From NCBI RefSeq assembly GCF_009914755.1, contig NC_060944.1: 64,000 nt of DNA; one strand, given 5' to 3'. Source of the DNA: the human T2T-CHM13v2.0 reference genome, Homo sapiens. Under the pieces are notes generated by a model that saw nothing but the letters and a program-made list of their open reading frames with translations, searched no databases and had not been told where the DNA came from. Made by a program: the position numbers and the translations under genes. The stretch's first letter is position 1. Each line of letters begins with the position of its first letter. Shown here in pieces: positions 50,119 to 64,000 of this stretch.

Positions 50119-50812
50119 GATGAATATAGTTGGTGAACGAAAGGGATTCAAGCAAATTTGTTGCAGACCTACTAGGTGCTAAGTGTGCTGACATACTGGT
50201 CTTACCCACTCACCTTACTGAGATTGTTGGGGAGGTGAAATGGACTAGCCCTGCTATACGGATGAGAGGAAAGTGGTTTGCCCTGGGTCCACACACAGCA
50301 TAATAGTGGTGAAGTGAGAATATCCATGCTGGTGTGTCCTGCACACTCTTCCCTTTGTATCAAATGAGTGGAAGAATGAATGAGTGAATATCACTGCAGG
50401 TGCTGAGGTTTCACTAGCAGATTCCAGCCAAGGATCTGAGAACGTGATATTTTTAGCGAAGTTGGGGCCATAAAACTTGTTCCATTTCCCAACTTGTGCA
50501 ACGCCCAGCCCCTCCCCCTGTGGCTCTGAGATTGCTCCCCGGCCTTGGGAAGGGCTCCCCAGGCTTATCTAGGGGGGAGAGTGAAACTGTAAAAGCCTTT
50601 ATGGCTTTGAGATCACGTCTGCAAGGGGCAGCGATTGTCGTTATAAACTTGAGCTGGCCCTGCAAGGGAGGGCAATAGCCTGGGCTGAGAGGAGTCAGGG
50701 GAGAGTTGAGCAATGCCAAGGGAGCGGCCGTGCTGAGCCGAGCATTCTGGGGCCTGTGGTCAGGGACCATCATTCATTTACCTCATTTCATCCTCACATA
50801 AAACCCTGTGAG

Positions 50813-51105
50813 TTTTTTTCTTTTTGAGACAGATCTTGCTTTGTCACCCAGGTTGGGGTGCAGTGGCTCAATCATGGCCCATGGCAACCTCGATCCCCTG
50901 GGCTCAAGTGATCCTCCTGCCTCACCCTCCTAAGTAGCTGAGACAACAGACACATGCCACCATGCTTGGCAAATTTTTAAATTTTTTGGAGACTTAGGGT
51001 CTCACTATGTTGCCCAGGCTGATCTCAAACTCCTGGGTTCAACTTGTCCCCCCACTTCAGCTTGCAAAGTGCTGGGACTGCAGGTGTGAGCCACTGCGTC
51101 TAGCC
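50813..51105 (-). mobile_element. AluJ
   Basis: Antisense Alu. Confidence 0.9.
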
Positions 51106-51111
51106 TTATTG

Positions 51112-52730
<1,619 letters not shown>

Positions 52731-52978
52731 GTCAGGTTATCTCATTTCACAGATGAGAAAACTGAGGACACAGAGGCCACAGGGCAAATCAGTGATGGTG
52801 CCAGGGCTCTCTCTGACAACAGATACTGTGCTCTTCCTGACACCTGAGGATGACTTGGATGTGGATTAGCCCCCTGGCTCTTCCTCCCTCAAAGGTCTTG
52901 GTCCCAGCCAGACAACTCCAACTCTGCCATCCCAAGGGCCTCTGGGAGGCAGTAAGTTCTCCTATTGTTCAAAACTCA

Positions 52979-53286
52979 GGCCAGCATGGTGGCTCACACC
53001 TGTAATCCCAGCATTCTGGGAGGCCGAGGTGAGCAAATCACCTGAGGTCAGGAGTTCAAGACCAGCCTGGCCAACATGATGATACCCTGTCTCTACTAAA
53101 AATGTAAAAATTACCCAGGCATGGGGTGGTGGGCACCTGTAATCCCAGCTACTCCGGAGGCTAAGGCAGGAGGATCACTTGAACCGGAGGCTAAGGCAGA
53201 GGTTGCAGTGAGCCAAGATCACGCCACTGCACTACAGCCTGGGAGACAGAGCAAGACTCCATCTCAAGAAAAAAAAACCAAAAAAC
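52979..53286 (+). mobile_element. AluS
   Basis: Sense Alu; CAAAACTC-like TSD. Confidence 0.9.
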
Positions 53287-54179
53287 TCTAGCTGAGGAGG
53301 GTTAGCCGGAAGCCTTCTTCCCAATGTACCAACCACCCCTACTTCCCACTGCTCACCTCAGCAACCCCAGTCTGGCCAAGTCCATCCCAACCCATGCTGC
53401 CACACGCCCTTCATGCTCTTCCTAGGACATTTAATCACCTGGTCTTGGGCCAGGCAGACTGGACTCTCCCTTCATTTTACAGACAAGGAAACTGAGACAC
53501 AGAGAGGCTGCTGGACTGTTGCAGGCAAGTCAGGGAAGGGCACGGTCTGGAACCCAGGGCTCAAAATGCAGTGTTCTTTCCAACTTCACAGATTTCTTAG
53601 ATCCAGAAGAGGCAGGCTGGCAAGGGACAGCAAGGGACTCAGAGTGAGTCAAAAGAAAGGACTTCCAGATCAGAAGGATTGGTAAGACCTGAACATGTAA
53701 TTGTGGGATGATGCCAAAGGTCTTCACCTGACTCTTGTCAACACTAACAGGTTCCGGGACAGCTGCACTCTAGGGGGCCAGTAGAGGCACCATCTTGCTC
53801 AAAGAATGGGGCCAAACTACACCAGGCATCTCTACCATCCCCATCAGATCCTACCTCTCTCTGCTTAAAACCCTCCAATGGCTTCCCATCATTCTTGGAA
53901 CAATTTTAAATTCTTCACCAGGGCCCCAAGGTCCTACAGAACCTGGTTCCTGATCACGCCTATGAGATCATCTCCCCATGGTCACTCCATTCCAGCCCCC
54001 TTGGGCTCCTCCCTGTTCCTCAACACACTAAAGCTGTTCCCATTTCACAGCCTTTACCCTAATGTTCCCTTTATCTGGAACATTCTGTCCTCAGCTCTTC
54101 TCATGGCCACTTCCTTCTAAACATTCAGGTCCCTACTCAAACGTTGCCTCTTGGAGAGGCCTTCCCTGATCACTTGGCT

Positions 54180-54365
54180 AAATACACGAGGCTTTGCAGG
54201 ATACACAGTCCCTGCTGCAACTACTTAAGTCTGCTCTTACAGCGTAAAACAGCCATAAGCAATATGTAAGTGAATGGGTGTGGCTGAGTTCAATGAACTT
54301 TATTTACAAAAGTAGGCAGTAGGCTGGATTTGGCCTATGAATGTAGTTTGCTTACTCCAGCTCTA
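54180..54365 (+). mobile_element. MER58A-like hAT transposon
   Basis: AATGGGTGTGGCTG...AACTTTATTTACAAAA...GGCTGGATTTGGCC...GTAGTTTGC. Confidence 0.75.
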
Positions 54366-54458
54366 ACTAATTGTCTTGTTTGATTGTCTTCCTCTATCCT
54401 TCCCTCTCTAGACTGTTAACTCCATAAGAGCAGAGACTCTAGTCTCATTCAATGCTGC

Positions 54459-54978
54459 TGTGGTAGCCAGCCTCCAAGATGTCCCCCAGTGATCCCCATT
54501 TCCTGGTATTCCCACCATTATTTACTCCCCTCCCAAACTGAGTAGCGTTGTCTGTGTAATCACTAGGATATTGTGAAAAAGATGGAGTGTGACTTTTGAG
54601 GCTAGATGATAAGAGGCATTGTGGATTTCATCTTGCCACCTTGAATCCCTTGCTCTGGGGATGCCAGCAGCCATGCTGTAAGGACACTCAAGCAATCCTA
54701 TGGCAAGGTCCACATGGGAGGAATTGAGGCCTCCTGCCAACTGCCAGCCATGCAAGTGAGCCAAATTGAAAGTGGATTCTCAAGCCCCAGTCAAGCTTTC
54801 AGGGGATCACTGTCCCAGCTGGTATTTTGACTACAACCTCATGAGAGATCTAAGCCAGAACCATCCAGCCAAGCCATTTCTGAAGTCCTACCACACAGAA
54901 ACTATGATATAATACATGTTTGTTGTTTTAAAATTAAGGTAATTAGTAATTAGTTATGCAGACATAGATGACTCACAT
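54459..54978 (+). mobile_element. MLT1F-like LTR
   Basis: Starts TGTGGTAGCCAGCCTCCAAGATG; ends GTTATGCAGACATAGATGACTCACA. Confidence 0.75.
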
Positions 54979-55086
54979 AGTTGCCTAGCACAGTGTCTGG
55001 TCACAGAATAAATAGGCTAATTAATATTGGTTAATAAATAAGTGCTTAATAAATATAGAAGGACACATTATAAAAATAAATGTTTG

Positions 55087-55145
55087 GGGCCGCTGCGGTG
55101 AGTGCATTCTCACTCAATAGGCGCCAACTAAACTTTTATTAAAAT
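55087..55145 (+). mobile_element. short unassigned retro-insertion with 14-bp TSD
   Basis: AAAATAAATGTTTG at 55073-55086 and 55146-55159 flanks a GC-rich hairpin with an A/T tail. Confidence 0.75.
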
Positions 55146-56237
55146 AAAATAAATGTTTGAAAGACAAATGTATTATAGTTTTTATATAAATAAATGTAAA
55201 AATATACATTAAATAATATAGAAGGGCACAATTAAAATTTTCCTAATCCACTGATAGTCCTTGGACAAGATGCCTATATAAGAATTCTTTCAACCTTGAG
55301 ATCCTAAGATTCGGAGATTCTCAGTTTCTGTGTATAATTAATGCTAAGTCTAGGATTATATAATTCTGAGACTTTAGGCTTCTGTTTCACCAAGTCCATG
55401 GCTCTAAAAGCTTGTGATTCTAACATCTTATGATTCATTTATCAACATATATCTTGGCTGAACAACTCTTCTCTGCCAGGCACAGTGCTGGGTGCTAGGG
55501 ATTCAGTAGAGAAAAGATGATCCCGATATCTGCCCTCCTGTGGCTCATGAGTGGATGGGGACACAGGCAAACACACGGGCACACATGATGTAGTGATCTC
55601 TGTCACATGGTAAGCACAGCAGCTGGGGTGGGGACTGTGGTAAATGAAGGAACACCAACCCAGATATTCAGGAGGGATGTGAGCAGAAACTGTCCTCAGA
55701 GCAAACAGGAAGAGAGAGGACTTCAACCAGAGAAGGAGGTGGTGTTGTAGACTGTGTTCCAGGTAGCGGGAACAGCCAGTGCAAAGGTCCAGGGGTCAGG
55801 GGAGAGAGCCAGCATCCAGCACATCTGGTGAAGCAAAACAAGTTCTGTATGGGTTGGTATAGAGTTGGGGGTGGGGGGCGGTAGAAGGCAGAGTGGCCAG
55901 ACTGTGGCCAGATGACTGAGAACCTAGTAAACCATGTCAAGGAGTTTGAACTTTATCCTGAGGGCAAAGGGGAGCCAGGGAAGGGTTTTAAGGGGCAGCA
56001 GAGTGGCACAATCTGCTTGGTAGTTTGGAAAGATGCCTCTGGCTCCTGTGTACGGGTTTGGAAGGAGGAGAGACAAGAGACAAGTCTGGAACAAGATCCC
56101 AGGTGAGAGAAGAGGCCTGAGTGAATGGGAGGTGGGCCCCAGAGAGACATTTCATTTACAGTGTGGGGAATGGACAGGGAGTTGGTGGCAGTGTGGGTTA
56201 TACTGGTAACCTAGGAGCCCAGGACTCCTAGATTTTA

Positions 56238-56641
<404 letters not shown>

Positions 56642-57163
56642 TTACCGCCCTCCATCCCTCCTTTCTGAGCTTCAGTTTTCCTTGTTTACAAAGTGAGGAT
56701 CATTAACACTGTCCTTGCAAAGCAGCCGTGGGAGTGGGAGACGGTGTGTACTCAGCATCTGCACAGAAATGTGGTCCATCATGGCAGGCGTGTTTGTCTG
56801 GAAGTGCTCAACACACAGGCACTGTCAGGAAAGAGCCGGGTGTTGAGAGAACAAGACATCAGCAGGGAAGAGCAGGGCAGGCAAGGAAGAGCCTGGTCCT
56901 TGTCTGCTCCTGGAGACCTGGGCTGCTCTGGCCTCCCGGCTTCTGCCTGGGCATCTGATACCCAGATTTGGTTGTTTGCTTCCGGGTACCGACAAGTTTA
57001 CATGTTGTTTGTGGAATTCCCCATTTCTGCAGCTGGCCAGAAACTCCCCTTTCCTGGTCTTAAACTCCCCCAAGGGCTACAGACACCAGCTGGGGGTAGC
57101 CAGGCAAGATCTGGTCTTCCCTGGACTGATCTAAGCCAGATCAAGTCCCAACCTGCTCACACT

Positions 57164-57183
57164 CTAGCGCCCCCTCTAGGTCA
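57164..57183 (-). promoter_or_regulatory. CTCF motif
   Basis: Minus strand reads TGACCTAGAGGGGGCGCTAG, close to the CTCF core consensus. Confidence 0.65.
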
Positions 57184-57361
57184 CACTATAGGCATTCCCT
57201 TCTTAGACAACTAACTGTCCATTGGCTCCAGCAAGAGCAAGTCTTTGGAGACAGAACCCTCACTCCTCTCCCCAAAACACATGGTCTCCTGAACCACACC
57301 CAAGGTTTATGTGTCTCCTGCATTCTAATTTGCTTCTCACCAATGGTTCAGTTTTAATTCA

Positions 57362-57784
<423 letters not shown>

Positions 57785-58439
57785 TTAGTGGATCAGGGTT
57801 GGGCTTAGGGTGTGAGGCCAGAGAGCTCAGTTCATTTCTTTGCACACAGTAGGGGCTCTGTAAACACCCGTGAAATTAAATCAAATTAGGAGTTTAAGTG
57901 ACACAAGCTAGCATGTGCACCAACTATTTCCGGAAGGCGATGAGAGACCGGAGAGTGAGATGGCTTTCGGGGTGGGTGTTGGGGGGCTGGGTAGCTGGGG
58001 TCGGGGTGGGAGGAAGACCTACTTCTCATTTTATGCCCTTTTGTACCTTTTGAAATGTTTTACTTTCACCACATGCACACAGAGCAGAATCAATCAAACA
58101 AACAATCACAATTAAATAAACAATGCAGGGAGCCAGGCTGTCTCAGAGCTCCATGGCTTCATGCCTGCTCTTCCTGCTGGTGAGATACTGTTTCCCAGCT
58201 TTCTCCAACTGGGGAAGTACACGTCCTCCAAGAAGTACACAAATGTCCTGTCTTCTGGGGCCTGTTCCTGCCTCCCTGTGATGGTTCTTCTCTGCTTACC
58301 CACCTCATCCACACACGAGTGGTCCAATCTCCAACCCTGTCTGTCCTGCTCTGTGGCCTGGAGGCACCTGTGCCTTCTGACATCACAATACATTCAGCCA
58401 AGGGGAGGAATCGGCAGAGATAAAAGGGCAGGATGAGGG

Positions 58440-58690
58440 AGAACTGGGCATGTTTATGCCACCCCCAGCTCCCTCCCTGTTTTGCCTTAATTTTGGCAGT
58501 GGCTGAATTTCTCCATGGTCTTAACTCCTGTCTTAGCCTCACTTATATGGCTCCAGCTATCTCTGGGTCAAGTAACACCATTCTCTCTCTCACCTCTTTG
58601 GCCTTGGGGTGCTAACAGCTCCCCACTGTTGCCAGTCCCTGCATGCCTCACCTCTGCAAACACTTCCTTCATTAAGTTTGCTTCAGTTAA
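58440..58690 (+). mobile_element. LTR33-like fragment
   Basis: GCTAACAGCTCCCCACTGTTGCCAGTCCCTG...CCTTCATTAAG...CTTCAGTTAA. Confidence 0.55.
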
Positions 58691-58692
58691 GC

Positions 58693-58885
58693 CAGTGGTT
58701 CACAATCTGGGGTGACTTTGCCCCCAGGGGACATTCGGTGATGTCTGGAGACACTTTAGGTTGTCATGACTGGTAGAGAAGATGCTACTGGCAGAGGCAA
58801 CAGATAGTGCTAACCATCCTACTCCGCACAGGACATCCCCCACAACAGAATTAGCCAGCCCCAAATATCAATAGCACGGAGACTT
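58693..58885 (-). mobile_element. MER20
   Basis: CAGTGGTTCACAATCTGGGGTGACTTTGCCCCCAGGGGACATT. Confidence 0.8.
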
Positions 58886-59215
58886 TGGGTCTCCCACTGC
58901 TCCCTGCCTGAAGCCCGACAGTTCATGGCTGGGATTCTGGACTCCTGCTGGCCTCTCTGCTTTGTGGTGTGATCTGCCAGTTTCCACACCTGCTGTTGAT
59001 CTCCTCTTAGTGACACAGAGATGAAAAGACCCCATCCTTGCCCTCAAGCTGGCCATAGTGCAGTGGAGAGAGACCCTGGTGAGCGGGGTTCCCCAGCAGC
59101 CTCGAGTCCTTGAGGGCAAAGTCTCTTTGTCAGTCACCACGTAGCCCCAGTAGTAGGAGAGCAGCAGACATTTGCCAATTGAAACAAAAGGTCCTTTAAA
59201 AATATCTTAAAACAA

Positions 59216-61141
<1,926 letters not shown>

Positions 61142-61762
61142 AAATATATTTTTAAAACGTCTTTGGAGACAGTAATAATATCAATAATGATGATAATAAT
61201 AATAATGGAAATATATTTTAAAACATTTTTGAAATAGTAATAATGACAATACATTTTTGAACACTGAAATATGCATCCCAAAATTTAACACTATGGAGGC
61301 CACGTATAAACTAACTTGAGCTGCTTGATTAGCCCATTGTTGTGCAGACCTTAGAATAAAGCATTTTTGGCCACCTCTGCTGAATTAAAGCTAGAATGGA
61401 AGACTCAAATGTTTACAGGGCCAGGTGGGTGATGTCAGTGAGTGGTTTTAGGGCAACAGAGAGTGGTGGGGACTGTGGCAAACGGGAATAGAATGCATGA
61501 GCTGAGAAGATGCAGCCAGGACTCAACTCCAGGCACTTGGAATTGGGGACCAGCAATGGCAGATCCTTCAGGAGGAGACAAACATCCATCTTTATCAGCA
61601 ACTAATTCAATGAAAACAATACAAAAACACAAGGTGTGTGAAACAAAACGTGCCTGTGGGTCAAACCCAGTTCCTGCTCTCCTTCCACCGCTGCCCTGCC
61701 CAAATTGAATGTGTGCTCAGATTATCAGGAAAGCTGTTAAAAACAACAACCACAACAACACT

Positions 61763-64000
<2,238 letters not shown>

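Overview
Primate DNA, almost certainly human, covering the HNF4A locus on the + strand. It contains the P1 distal enhancer region (~1.4-1.7 kb), the P1 promoter, exon 1A, a 91-nt alternative exon and exons 2-10. The spliced exons give a 1425-nt ORF, the 474-aa HNF4alpha2. An alternative exon-9 donor gives alpha1, and exon-8 read-through gives alpha3. The window also holds the intronic MIR3646 hairpin, a long 3'UTR with several poly(A) signals, and ~22 kb of Alu/L1/L2/LTR/DNA-transposon-rich downstream DNA. The P2 promoter is outside the window. There is no CRISPR array and no second protein-coding gene; nearly all other listed ORFs are repeat artefacts. The most notable extras are: (1) a ~60-nt TSD-flanked hairpin retro-insertion that I cannot assign to a known family; (2) a 25-nt exact copy of the miR-3646 5' arm 15 kb upstream; (3) an alternative start codon completed across the exon 1A / 91-nt exon junction, next to a UG-rich tract; (4) a MIR-derived stop codon for alpha3; (5) a 1.5-kb GT-rich VNTR in intron 1; (6) a nested orphan 3'UTR retrocopy upstream of P1; (7) an AluYa5 body in an older-looking Alu site. 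Repeat family names and boundaries were judged by eye and are approximate.
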